Positions 48,564 to 57,654 of a stretch of 64,000 nucleotides of DNA are shown one piece after another. A model generated the notes under the pieces. That model worked only from the letters and a program-made list of their open reading frames with translations, had not been told where the DNA came from and searched no databases. A program made the position numbers and the translations under genes. The DNA is taken from positions 16,281 to 80,280 of the forward strand of contig CAZKFA010000001.1 in NCBI GenBank assembly GCA_964551925.1, in the 5' to 3' direction. Position 1 is the first letter of the stretch, and the number at the start of each line of letters is the position of its first letter. This DNA is from an uncultured Gammaproteobacteria bacterium (GTDB taxonomy: Bacteria > Cyanobacteriota > Vampirovibrionia > LMEP-6097).

Positions 48564-48998
48564 TTAATTCTGCTTACTAATCCGCAATAGTGCTAGTTCA
48601 GAGCTTTTCATCAATCCAGTTGGAATAGCAGCACCCGCTTCAGCTTGCTCTGCTTCTGCTAGCTCGCGTTCGTATTGTGTGTAAATAGCCTCGCTCTCAG
48701 CAAAATATTCTTCGTTACGTTTAGCTTGTTCTATAAGATCGCTAACGTCAAGAGTGCCATCGTGCAAAGCCTTGATAGTAGTTCTCACTTGCTCATTAGC
48801 ACCAAGGTAAATTTGTTTCAACTCTTCTCTCACGAAATCAAGATCAAGATAGAAATAAAGATTGCGCAACATCTCGCATCGGAACCAGTTGGATTTGGTC
48901 TTCACGATCGAGTCAAGAATAAATCTAGCATTGTCTTTGCGACGCTGTTCGTCACGACTGGCTGCTAGATTGGTGTTGTGGAGATATGATTTATTCAT
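48564..48998 (-). CDS. Hypothetical 144-aa protein with acidic C-half
   Basis: Starts 22 bp after the stop of the 860-aa gene, same strand. Confidence 0.65.
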   Translation of the reverse strand: MNKSYLHNTNLAASRDEQRRKDNARFILDSIVKTKSNWFRCEMLRNLYFYLDLDFVREELKQIYLGANEQVRTTIKALHDGTLDVSDLIEQAKRNEEYFAESEAIYTQYERELAEAEQAEAGAAIPTGLMKSSELALLRISKQN

Positions 48999-49020
48999 GA
49001 TTATTTAAGCAGAGTTTATA

Positions 49021-51603
49021 TTAAAGAGACAAGGCTTGGGATTGATATGACCGATTTGGTGCAGATCTTTCTGTTAATGCGATACTTTGAGGTCTTTCCA
49101 TTAGATTGTGTATAAATTGCATCAAGGACATCAATAGTCTGTTAATAATGATAGCAAATGGTTGATTGTCGTCAGCATCTTGGAAATAAGGTGATTCCTT
49201 GATAACTTCTTGTAAGAGTTTGGCGTTTCTAGTGTCCAAGCCCATGGCTTCTAAAGCATGTCCCAGGCGTTTCTCGTAAGTGCTTTGCCTGCTAAGCTTT
49301 GTTGCTTGAATTTCCCACGATTCACTAAAGCCTTTTTTACTTGGCGTGTTTAGGGTATTGAAAAATATTAATTCTCTTTTGATATGATCGATATCAGTTC
49401 TTAAATTTAGGGCTCTATGAGTTTTGGCTGCTAGATCGGGGGTGACTAGAGCTGCAAGTCCAGTGATACCAATGTGTGATTCTAAAGTATTTAGCTTCGT
49501 TGTGATTGTACTAGAGCTTGATTGTGACCTCTCGTATTCAAATACATTTGCTAATTGTCTGTAAGCAGAGGCTTGACGACTAATGTATTCTTTTATTTGT
49601 GCTGCTAAATCTTTTCTGTTCTTGAGATCCTCACCATCAGCAGGTAGTGGATCACGGACATGATTAGTGATTAATTCAAGTGCAGCCTTAGCCGAGCTTG
49701 CGACGCTTGTAAAATTACTTGCTTTTGGAATTTGTGAGTTGAAATTATTAACTATTCGAGTTAAGGCAGTATTAAGTTCTACCCTTTCTGTATCAGTTAA
49801 ATTTAACTCTCTGAGAGCATCTTGAGGAATGAAATACTCACCATCGTCACCTTCTTTCTTCTCAATGAAACGATTGATTAGCCTTTCCGCTGCTCCTTGA
49901 TAGGCTCTTACGGCTTTTTCTGCAATATCAACTCTTGAAGTTTCTTGACAAAAGCTGCTTAAGTGAGTAAATACTCCAGCAGTACGAGTAGTATCAAATA
50001 TAGTCTCTGAATTGATTATAGAATATAATGGTTGCCAAAAACTTGTTTCAAGTTTAGTTTGCTCAGCTTCAAACCTATTTAAAATTTCTTCTTTTGCACT
50101 AATCTGACCTTGTAAGTCGCGCTTAAATTGAGCTAGGCTACTTAGATTCTCTTTGTATAAACCAGTAGCAGAAGCATCGACAAAATCTTGCTTAAATAAT
50201 TCTTCGAAATCATAATTACCATCGTGACCTTGGCTTGTAAGAAATTGCATAAAGCGATTCTTTAAACCATCAAGACTATCATCATTAGAGTCTTCTGTAG
50301 TTGCCGCATGCGGTACGTCAAATAAACGCTCAAAGAACAAATTTTTTATACCGGCAGCTGAGTTGTTGATTCTGATATTATCAAAAGCCAATTTGACCGC
50401 GGCTAACTGCTTATGAAAAGCATATTCGTCTTCGGTTAATTTCTTTGTTAGTCTGGTAATTTCTTCAGTTATTTTAGTAAGATGTGTTTGACTAGCATCG
50501 ACAACTAAAGTCTGTAGACCAGGATTCGTAGCTTGTTCTGCCGCTGTACATAAATTGCTATCTAAGTCAATTGGAGAGTGGGATTTGACTTTTTGTGTAA
50601 GTTCTGCAAACTTGTCTTTAAGTCTATTGAGTTGTACTGTTGTTTCATTAAGAGGCTCCATTTCTTTATGTAACAATTCAAGTAAATTTTCTCTTGCAGT
50701 TTTGATAGAGCAGCCTCTCTCTGAACTCTCTTCATGAGCCACGATAACGCCGTGAACAGCTGTTACTAGATCGTTATTAGCTCTCATTGGAGTAGGCATA
50801 CCAGCTAAGAATAATTGTCCTAAGGCTTGAGTATATTGTTGACGTATATTTGGACTAAGATCTAGATCTGGATTTAATAACCTATTTGGATTGCTAATAA
50901 GTTCTTTGATACTAGTCTCCAGTCTTGCTCTGACTACTAGACCTACTTCTCCATGAAACTTATCACCAATAGTATCTAGTAAATTAGCAACTGTTTCAGA
51001 TACATTTAATTTCTTCTGGCTTTTGTTTGCGATCTCAACAAGCAAAAGCGCTGCAGCAGTGGCGCTGCGGGCTTGAGCATCATAGTCATCAGAACCTGAG
51101 TTGCTCACTATATCTACGATATAAGTTGGACAAGCGCTACTAAACCAAGCTCTTTGTTTAGCGGCTGCTTCAATTGCAGTGCTGATGAGCTCTTGAGTAG
51201 CATTCCTTATATTTGATGGAACTTCTTGATTGTTTGATAATTCGATTAATTTAGCAAGTAAACCGCGATCATTAATTAAAACGGCTTCTTTATTAACGAC
51301 TCCGTCACGATGAAGATTAGTTGCTAAATCTACAAATAAGCGTTTAGCATCGTCTATAGTTACTGAGGCTCCATGGGGATCTTGTAACCAGATTTGATTG
51401 TCCTCGTGAATTAAGTCGTTTTTTAAAGTTGTAGCAGCGTCTAGAGCAGCGTTGTGTATTGGATCTTGAGATTCGAGACCAACTACCGCTTGAATAGTAG
51501 AACTGCTTGCTCGAGCTACTTTGCGAGCAGTGTTACCAAGAGCTTCATGACCTGTGTACCAGGCATTGCGACATTTGTCTTTTATAGCATCAACTAAATA
51601 CAT
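49021..51603 (-). CDS. Large helical/coiled-coil orphan protein (860 aa)
   Basis: Long ORF with coiled-coil stretches; no signal peptide. Confidence 0.8.
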   Translation of the reverse strand: MYLVDAIKDKCRNAWYTGHEALGNTARKVARASSSTIQAVVGLESQDPIHNAALDAATTLKNDLIHEDNQIWLQDPHGASVTIDDAKRLFVDLATNLHRDGVVNKEAVLINDRGLLAKLIELSNNQEVPSNIRNATQELISTAIEAAAKQRAWFSSACPTYIVDIVSNSGSDDYDAQARSATAAALLLVEIANKSQKKLNVSETVANLLDTIGDKFHGEVGLVVRARLETSIKELISNPNRLLNPDLDLSPNIRQQYTQALGQLFLAGMPTPMRANNDLVTAVHGVIVAHEESSERGCSIKTARENLLELLHKEMEPLNETTVQLNRLKDKFAELTQKVKSHSPIDLDSNLCTAAEQATNPGLQTLVVDASQTHLTKITEEITRLTKKLTEDEYAFHKQLAAVKLAFDNIRINNSAAGIKNLFFERLFDVPHAATTEDSNDDSLDGLKNRFMQFLTSQGHDGNYDFEELFKQDFVDASATGLYKENLSSLAQFKRDLQGQISAKEEILNRFEAEQTKLETSFWQPLYSIINSETIFDTTRTAGVFTHLSSFCQETSRVDIAEKAVRAYQGAAERLINRFIEKKEGDDGEYFIPQDALRELNLTDTERVELNTALTRIVNNFNSQIPKASNFTSVASSAKAALELITNHVRDPLPADGEDLKNRKDLAAQIKEYISRQASAYRQLANVFEYERSQSSSSTITTKLNTLESHIGITGLAALVTPDLAAKTHRALNLRTDIDHIKRELIFFNTLNTPSKKGFSESWEIQATKLSRQSTYEKRLGHALEAMGLDTRNAKLLQEVIKESPYFQDADDNQPFAIIINRLLMSLMQFIHNLMERPQSIALTERSAPNRSYQSQALSL

Positions 51604-51609
51604 TACATA

Positions 51610-51640
51610 TATATAACGAAGTCTTAACCTATTTTTTGAT
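51610..51640 (-). promoter_or_regulatory. ATCAAAAA-N16-TTATATA promoter-like motif, copy 2
   Basis: Ends 6 nt upstream of the ATG at 51603. Confidence 0.65.
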
Positions 51641-51651
51641 GGTTAAATAAA

Positions 51652-51680
51652 AAAAAAGACCCTAATTTAGGGTCTTTTTT
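51652..51680 (-). terminator. Rho-independent terminator
   Basis: AAAAAAGACCCTA-ATT-TAGGGTCTTTTTT with A/T tracts on both sides, just after the 999-aa gene stop. Confidence 0.85.
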
Positions 51681-51702
51681 GCGTATATTCTAAGTATCTT
51701 GT

Positions 51703-54702
51703 TTATGCAACTGTTGTAGGACTTGCTTCTGAACTTGGTCTAGGGCTAGTTTCGAGAGTTGTTTTACCCATTCTTTGATTGATTTCCATGGTGGCACTTT
51801 TCAAAGCAGCTAAGAAGCCAGTGTGTTCATCAGCTTCTGGAATCGCAGCGACTCGCTTTTGGAAGTCAGCTACAGCTTCAACTTTCTCAAGTCCAAGGAA
51901 TCTCATTGTCATAGTCAAACCATTTTTTACGGAATCTTTTAATTTGGAGAGAATCTTTTTAACAGCAGAAGAGTTCTTCTCTCTATCGTATAGATCCCAG
52001 ACATCAGTGAGTTCTGAGCTTTCAGGAAAAGCTTTAACTTCATCTTCTAGTCTATTAATTTCGTTGGCATGCTTAATATCAAAACTCCGTTTTGTAGCTC
52101 TGATATCGGTTAATACTTTTGAACTTAGGCTCGTGACTAGAGTGTTAGCACTGTTTAGCAAATCCTTCAGCTTTTGATCTAATTTCTCAGGTTTCTTTTC
52201 ATTAGTTTCTTTGAGCTTAAGAAGAGTTTCGGTGATTAAGCGAACTCTGCCTAGTTGTACCTTGGCTCTATCGAAAGGAGGTAGTGAATTGTCTTTGCTT
52301 GTATCCAAAAGCTCAGAGTCTTCCGTACTGAATTTAATTAGTCCATCAAAAGCTTTACCCTCTTTTAAAGTAGTATGGAAATGTTCCAGAGCTGTTGATT
52401 GAGTCTGACCCCAATTCTGTAACAAAGTTATAAAGCCATTATAATCTTGTGTTCCACCAATAGAGAGTGCTTTAACACTACTTGTTACAGCATCTATTGC
52501 TGCATTAGTTGCTGTTAACTTGGCTGTTTCTAATTCTTGTTCAGCTTTAAGTTTTGCAGATTCAATTTCTGCTCTACAAACTTCAGCTTGTGCCTTAAAT
52601 CCATTTCTGAATTCATCATCAAACTGACCATTCTCGTCAAGCATCGAATCTACTAGATATTTAGCAGCTGTTGCGTTGACGGTGCGAGCTTTGGTTAGAA
52701 TTGGTTTAATGACTGAGTTTGCCATAAGTTCAACAAACTTAGCTTCACTTTTAGCTTCTTCTTTAGCTTTTTTAACTTTGTCGGTCGCTAGAATTTTGAG
52801 GCTCTCAGCTATTTTTTTAGAGTCATCGTCTTTTACTGTCAAAATCCAAGTGCTTTGTATTTTGAGAACTTCAGCAAGTTTCTCAGCAGCAGAGAGAGTA
52901 GTCTGATCAATATCTTTAACTGCTTTTGCCGTTGTTAACTGTTTGTCTCTTTCAGCATTTGCTTTATCAGTTAGATTTTGACGAATTGCATTGACATAGT
53001 CTGCAGTAGTTGCTTCTTTTTGTGCGGCAGTAACTGCTGCATCAATAGTATTTTTCGCGGCTGTTGCTTCAGTAAGTTTGGTATTAGCTTCATCAAGCTT
53101 AGCCTGTGCCTCAAGAATAGCTTTATCTGCATTTGCAATAGCGGTTTGCTCGGATGCTGTTAGATTATTTGGATCGGCTGGGGCTGCTAGGTTTGCTTTA
53201 GCTTGATCGGCAGCTTGTTTAGCTTGATCGGCAGCTTGTTGAGCTGTAGTTGCTGCATCAAAAGCCGCTTGGGTAGTAGTTTGCTCTGCTACTAACGCAT
53301 CCACATTTGCTTTAGCGGGAGCTGCTGTTTTCCAATCTACTGCTGTAGTAGCGTTACCATTTGGACCTATAGCTTCTCTTATTTTTTCAACTTGTTCTTT
53401 ATTTAAGGTTGGATTTAATCCTGAGCCTGCTGGTAAGTACCTGCTGATATCAAGAGTATTACCTGCTGCTGGGATTGATAGTATGGCTTCTAAGTTTCTC
53501 TTGCCAATTTCTACAGGGTTAGCCGTATTATTTGCAAGAATTGCTTTTGATTGTTTGACAACATCATCATAGAAGGATTGTTCAAGCTTAGTATTCCCTG
53601 AGATGAAAGAAGTACTAATCTTTACCGCTGTACCACCTGCTTTGCCAGAGTTTCTGATAGCAGTACTTAGAGAACCTTCAAGGTTTTTGTATTTGAGTGC
53701 ATCAGCTTCTTTCTGAGGTCCTATCATAGCAGCAGTATTTAGGAAATCTGTCAGAGCATAAGCTGCTTCTTTGGCTTCTTCTTCGCTAGAGGCTTTGAAT
53801 AAAGTTTCTAATTTTTCAAGAAAGTCAGCTAGAAAAGTTTTTTGTGCTGCAGTTTTAGCATGCTTTTCAATAGCCTTGGCTCCGTCTTTAAGGACATCGA
53901 CTGAGATCTTTTCGAATATCTCACCTTTTAATTCTGTAACTTGTGATTTGATTGATTCAAGCCCATCTCCTAGTGTTTCTAGTGGTCTTTGAGCAAGCGA
54001 TTGAACTTTGAGATAAACGTGATTGGCAAGAGCTTTGCCAACAGCACCATAACTTCTTGATAGTTTACCAATGAAACCAGTCTTTGGATTTGATAATTTC
54101 TCCAAACCTTGAGATCTAATTAAATCAACAACATTGCGCAAAGATGTTTCTGGATTGGCATCTAAGATACCAAGTATCATATCTTTTTGTTCGGGTTCTA
54201 TTCCACTTGACGGGAAGGAATCAATTGCTGTGACCAATAAGTCTCTAACATCTCCTTGAATAGGTTTGAGGTATTCACCATTACTATCTTCGTCTCGCAT
54301 TCTTAAGATTGCAAATAAATCTTCCAAGACTTTTGCTTGTTTGTAAACTATAGCGTTGCCTTTAGGGCTAGCTGATTTTAAGTTGCCAGAAAGACCTGCT
54401 AAGATCTCCTCATAAGCTCTTTTTGCTTTAGGTCCAAATTCTACTTCTACTCCACCTGTTAATTCTTTGAATTTATCATCAGGATCAGTTTCGGTTTTAT
54501 CTTTGCTTCTATATTCTTCTGTATTTTTGAGTTCATCTGCTGCTTTGAATTTCTCAGCAAGTGCGTCAATAGGGTCTTCTTTTGATTTGCCACCTGGCTT
54601 GGTTGCTCGGAGGTAAGCTGCCACATCGGCTTTAGTTAATTTAGTAGGAGCTTCGGTTGCTCTTTCTATTAAAGGTTTTGTTTCTATTACTTTTACTACC
54701 AT
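51703..54702 (-). CDS. Large K/A/E-rich coiled-coil orphan protein (999 aa)
   Basis: Long ORF with an Ala/Gln-rich coil including a 21-bp duplication (53197-53238); AAGGA RBS. Confidence 0.8.
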   Translation of the reverse strand: MVVKVIETKPLIERATEAPTKLTKADVAAYLRATKPGGKSKEDPIDALAEKFKAADELKNTEEYRSKDKTETDPDDKFKELTGGVEVEFGPKAKRAYEEILAGLSGNLKSASPKGNAIVYKQAKVLEDLFAILRMRDEDSNGEYLKPIQGDVRDLLVTAIDSFPSSGIEPEQKDMILGILDANPETSLRNVVDLIRSQGLEKLSNPKTGFIGKLSRSYGAVGKALANHVYLKVQSLAQRPLETLGDGLESIKSQVTELKGEIFEKISVDVLKDGAKAIEKHAKTAAQKTFLADFLEKLETLFKASSEEEAKEAAYALTDFLNTAAMIGPQKEADALKYKNLEGSLSTAIRNSGKAGGTAVKISTSFISGNTKLEQSFYDDVVKQSKAILANNTANPVEIGKRNLEAILSIPAAGNTLDISRYLPAGSGLNPTLNKEQVEKIREAIGPNGNATTAVDWKTAAPAKANVDALVAEQTTTQAAFDAATTAQQAADQAKQAADQAKANLAAPADPNNLTASEQTAIANADKAILEAQAKLDEANTKLTEATAAKNTIDAAVTAAQKEATTADYVNAIRQNLTDKANAERDKQLTTAKAVKDIDQTTLSAAEKLAEVLKIQSTWILTVKDDDSKKIAESLKILATDKVKKAKEEAKSEAKFVELMANSVIKPILTKARTVNATAAKYLVDSMLDENGQFDDEFRNGFKAQAEVCRAEIESAKLKAEQELETAKLTATNAAIDAVTSSVKALSIGGTQDYNGFITLLQNWGQTQSTALEHFHTTLKEGKAFDGLIKFSTEDSELLDTSKDNSLPPFDRAKVQLGRVRLITETLLKLKETNEKKPEKLDQKLKDLLNSANTLVTSLSSKVLTDIRATKRSFDIKHANEINRLEDEVKAFPESSELTDVWDLYDREKNSSAVKKILSKLKDSVKNGLTMTMRFLGLEKVEAVADFQKRVAAIPEADEHTGFLAALKSATMEINQRMGKTTLETSPRPSSEASPTTVA

Positions 54703-54741
54703 TTTATCTTTATCCTTGTTATGTTATTAACTAGTTCAGTT

Positions 54742-54772
54742 TATATAATGCTCGAATAGGAATATTTTTGAT
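54742..54772 (-). promoter_or_regulatory. ATCAAAAA-N16-TTATATA promoter-like motif, copy 3
   Basis: 39 nt upstream of the ATG at 54702, followed by a leader with an RBS. Confidence 0.65.
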
Positions 54773-55019
54773 ACTACTTATTCTCACTAGTGGGAAATGG
54801 GCTTCGTTGCTTCTTTCTTCACTGCAATACATATTATCAGGCTATACGTATTTACGTCAAGGGGTTTTAGAAAATATTAATACGTTTTTGGGTTAAATAA
54901 TTTTAATGTAGCTTGTTGCCTTGTCCATGAAAATGAAAAAGCTCTCAGCTTCTGGGGGTATTTACCTGGTTTTTGCCAGAGAATATTAACAAATACTCAG
55001 CAATGCTAGAATTCTTACT

Positions 55020-55901
55020 ATGACTACAAGGTACGTCTACGGTCCAGTGCATTCCTGGCGCTCAGGCACTTCTCTGGGTATAGACCCAATTGGTAGTACT
55101 TCTACTTGTTCTTTTAATTGTGCTTATTGTCAGCTTGGTAAGATCCAGAATATTACTCAAGAGATCAAGGAGTATGTGCGAACTGCTGATGTCATCAGGG
55201 ATCTACGTGAATTAGAAACGGCTGGACAATTTAATTATGAAAATCTAGATGTGATAACTTTTGCAGGTTCTGGAGAACCCACTCTAGCAGCGAATCTTGG
55301 CGAGATGATCCTGGAGATTCGTAAACTTTATGCTGGTCGTTCTAAGCGAGTACCGATATCTATTCTTACTAACGCCACGATGTTAGAACATCAATCTGTG
55401 CGTGATGCTTTATTGCAGGCTGATCTCATCTCATTGAAGCTAGATGCCGCTAATGATGAGGTTCTCAGGAGTATTAACCAGCCTGCTTCCGGTATTACTA
55501 TACAGTGTATAGTAAGTGGGATTAAATTACTCCAGAAGTCTTGTGTCATTGCGAGCGAAGCAAAGCAATCCAATTCTAGATTACAACTACAAATTATGTT
55601 TATGCCAAAGTTTATCAAAGACACTCAGTATCTTAATGAGATGATTGCTTTAATTAAAGATCTCGGTATGCGTTACATTCAGATTAATACCCCAACACGT
55701 GCTAAACCTCTCTCTAAGACCGGGGAGTATTGGCTTGATACTCGTGGTAATCATTATGGACCAGGTTCTAAAGTAGTGAAGCCGGAATTTATTGAATTCA
55801 CTGAGCTTCCTGTGATTAGCGAAGCAGATGCTTATATGCTAGAAGATAAATTGTTAGCAGCTGTTCCAGAGTTAGAGATAGTCAATGTTTATAAACGCTA
55901 G
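55020..55901 (+). CDS. Radical SAM protein (COG0731-like)
   Basis: YGPV.S.R.G.SLGI, CSFNCAYCQ, GSGEPTL, LTN, KLDA. Confidence 0.88.
   Translation: MTTRYVYGPVHSWRSGTSLGIDPIGSTSTCSFNCAYCQLGKIQNITQEIKEYVRTADVIRDLRELETAGQFNYENLDVITFAGSGEPTLAANLGEMILEIRKLYAGRSKRVPISILTNATMLEHQSVRDALLQADLISLKLDAANDEVLRSINQPASGITIQCIVSGIKLLQKSCVIASEAKQSNSRLQLQIMFMPKFIKDTQYLNEMIALIKDLGMRYIQINTPTRAKPLSKTGEYWLDTRGNHYGPGSKVVKPEFIEFTELPVISEADAYMLEDKLLAAVPELEIVNVYKR
55495..55515. repeat. TATACRSYGTATA palindrome, copy 7 (in the radical SAM gene)
   Basis: TTACTATACA-G-TGTATAGTAA, perfect 21 bp. Confidence 0.9.
55545..55571. repeat. GTCAT-type REP-like unit in frame in the radical SAM gene
   Basis: GTCATTGCGAGCGAAGCAAAGCAATCC (VIASEAKQS); its reverse complement has the same ends as the coaBC element. 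Confidence 0.7.
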
Positions 55902-56663
55902 ATGGAAATTAACCCTATTATAAATTTGAATCTTACTGAATTGCCTAATACTAAACAAGGCTTGTTGGATATCTACTCAAACTATCTTGCAGAGAGGATT
56001 ACAGATTATAAGCAAATTGGAGTTGTTGAGTTGAGCTTAGCTTCTAGTGCCCTACTTGAAATATTACCAGAGATTTATAATATCCTCAGGAACTATAATC
56101 TTCAAGTATCTTTTGGTAGTATTGTTGATCTTGACTTGGTTCTAGCCTTGCAGGATCTCAAGCTACCAGCAGGGATTAGGATCTTTGCACCAGCTTTTGA
56201 TGAAGATGTTTTTCGCTTTGTGATAGAACAAGATTGGCACTATATACCGGGAGTGGCTTGTGTAGAGGACTTCAAGGAAGTCTTGTCTTGGATGCCTAAT
56301 CTTATGAGTGTGAAGGTTTTTCCAGTTTATAATTTGTCACTTCTTAAAACACTTGCAACACCATATCCAGAATTGCGTTTGCCAGCAAATATTACTAGGA
56401 CCAGTTCAGTCACTGGCTTACCCATCTCTAGTCCGCGCCAATATCAAAAAATTCGTCAACGTTTTTTGCATGAACTAGATTTAGAGTTATCCTTCCAAAC
56501 AAGGCAGTTTGATATTCCAACTTTGCTTGCAACAATTAAACAACAGTCTCCTGCTACTAAGCTTATAGCTACTGGGTTTGCTGGTATCGAGCCTGATGAA
56601 GAGTTGCTAGCAAGTTGGGGCTTTGATGCAGCTGCGACAAGATTAGGGAGCCTGCGTGGCTGA
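55902..56663 (+). CDS. Divergent KDPG/KHG-aldolase-like protein
   Basis: AP, IPGV, VKVFP and ATG motifs in aldolase-like order. Confidence 0.5.
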   Translation: MEINPIINLNLTELPNTKQGLLDIYSNYLAERITDYKQIGVVELSLASSALLEILPEIYNILRNYNLQVSFGSIVDLDLVLALQDLKLPAGIRIFAPAFDEDVFRFVIEQDWHYIPGVACVEDFKEVLSWMPNLMSVKVFPVYNLSLLKTLATPYPELRLPANITRTSSVTGLPISSPRQYQKIRQRFLHELDLELSFQTRQFDIPTLLATIKQQSPATKLIATGFAGIEPDEELLASWGFDAAATRLGSLRG

Positions 56664-57120
56664 TAATTTTATCAATATAGTTCTCTATCAACCAGAGATC
56701 CCACAAAACACTGGCAACATAGCAAGGCTTTGTGTTTCTAATGATCTGCATCTGCATCTTATTGAGCCACTCGGTTTCAAGATGACTGATAAGTACCTTA
56801 AGCGTTCTGGTTTGGATTATTTTCAATATCTTAATTATACGGTGTATAGTAATTGGCAGCACTTCTTAGAAGGCAATCAAGGAGCTAATCTCTGGTACTT
56901 AACCACTAAGGCTACTAAATTATATTGGGATGTAAATTATACGATGGGTGATTATTTGGTTTTTGGACCAGAGACTAAGGGGCTACCAAAGGCAATCATG
57001 GCGCTTAATTCAGAGTACTTGATTAAAGTGCCTATGAGTTCAGAGAATGCACGCTCACTCAATCTAGCAAGTACTGTACAAACAGCTTACTATGAGGCTT
57101 ATAGGCAGCTCCAAGTCTGA
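56656..57120 (+). CDS. trmL: tRNA (cytidine/uridine-34-2'-O)-methyltransferase
   Basis: PEIPQNTGNIARLC, R.GLDY, FGPETKGLP, RSLNLA. Confidence 0.95.
   Translation: MADNFINIVLYQPEIPQNTGNIARLCVSNDLHLHLIEPLGFKMTDKYLKRSGLDYFQYLNYTVYSNWQHFLEGNQGANLWYLTTKATKLYWDVNYTMGDYLVFGPETKGLPKAIMALNSEYLIKVPMSSENARSLNLASTVQTAYYEAYRQLQV
56832..56852. repeat. TATACRSYGTATA palindrome, copy 8 (in trmL)
   Basis: TAATTATACG-G-TGTATAGTAA. Confidence 0.8.
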
Positions 57121-57122
57121 GC

Positions 57123-57290
57123 TTATTTTTTCTCAACTTTCTGAAATAGTTCGGGATAGCGTTCACTGGGCAAGGTCCAAAATCTACTTTTGGTAATGCC
57201 AAAAGCGACGCTTGCTAACATAGCACCAGCAAATAACGGACCAAAGACATCAGCCCAGTTAGCGCAAATGTAATCTATTAATTTCTCCAT
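57123..57290 (-). CDS. Unlisted 55-aa single-TM protein
   Basis: MEKLIDYICANWADVFGPLFAGAMLASVAFGITKSRFWTLPSERYPELFQKVEKK; GAGGA RBS within the upstream gene. Confidence 0.6.
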   Translation of the reverse strand: MEKLIDYICANWADVFGPLFAGAMLASVAFGITKSRFWTLPSERYPELFQKVEKK

Positions 57291-57501
57291 CTATTTCCTC
57301 CATTAAGCCAAGAGAGCGGTTTACAAGTACGTAAGCGGGTAGTAGTAAAGCACTAGATATAATCCAACCAAGAGCCAGATTAACAGTGGAGTGAAAACCT
57401 GTCAATAGATTCAAAGCATTGATTCCAAATGGAGTAGCCAATATAAACCCAATGGTTTTGAGAACTTCTGCTTTATGCTTAAATTGCTGAAAACTTTTCA
57501 C
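57259..57501 (-). CDS. Small 2-TM membrane protein, paralog of 48193-48441
   Basis: Shared AE..K.IGF.L.TPFG motif, similar length, GTG start. Confidence 0.75.
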   Translation of the reverse strand: MKSFQQFKHKAEVLKTIGFILATPFGINALNLLTGFHSTVNLALGWIISSALLLPAYVLVNRSLGLMEEIDGEINRLHLR

Positions 57502-57654
57502 CCATTGAACTGTAAATCATAAGGAATAAATTTAGGAGGGTCAACCGGTAACTAGTCTAATCGACCTAGGTTAAGGCTAGGTTAAGAGATTCTTTGTCAA
57601 AAAGCATATATAGAAGTGGTTCTACTGGTATCTGGGCTTCTAAGGTAATAATAT

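Noticed and set aside
57597-57626. TCAAAAA upstream of the 1367-aa gene as a fourth promoter motif
   Set aside because: The sequence 16 nt downstream is TTCTACT, not TTATATA. The ATCAAAAA upstream of 40960 fails in the same way.
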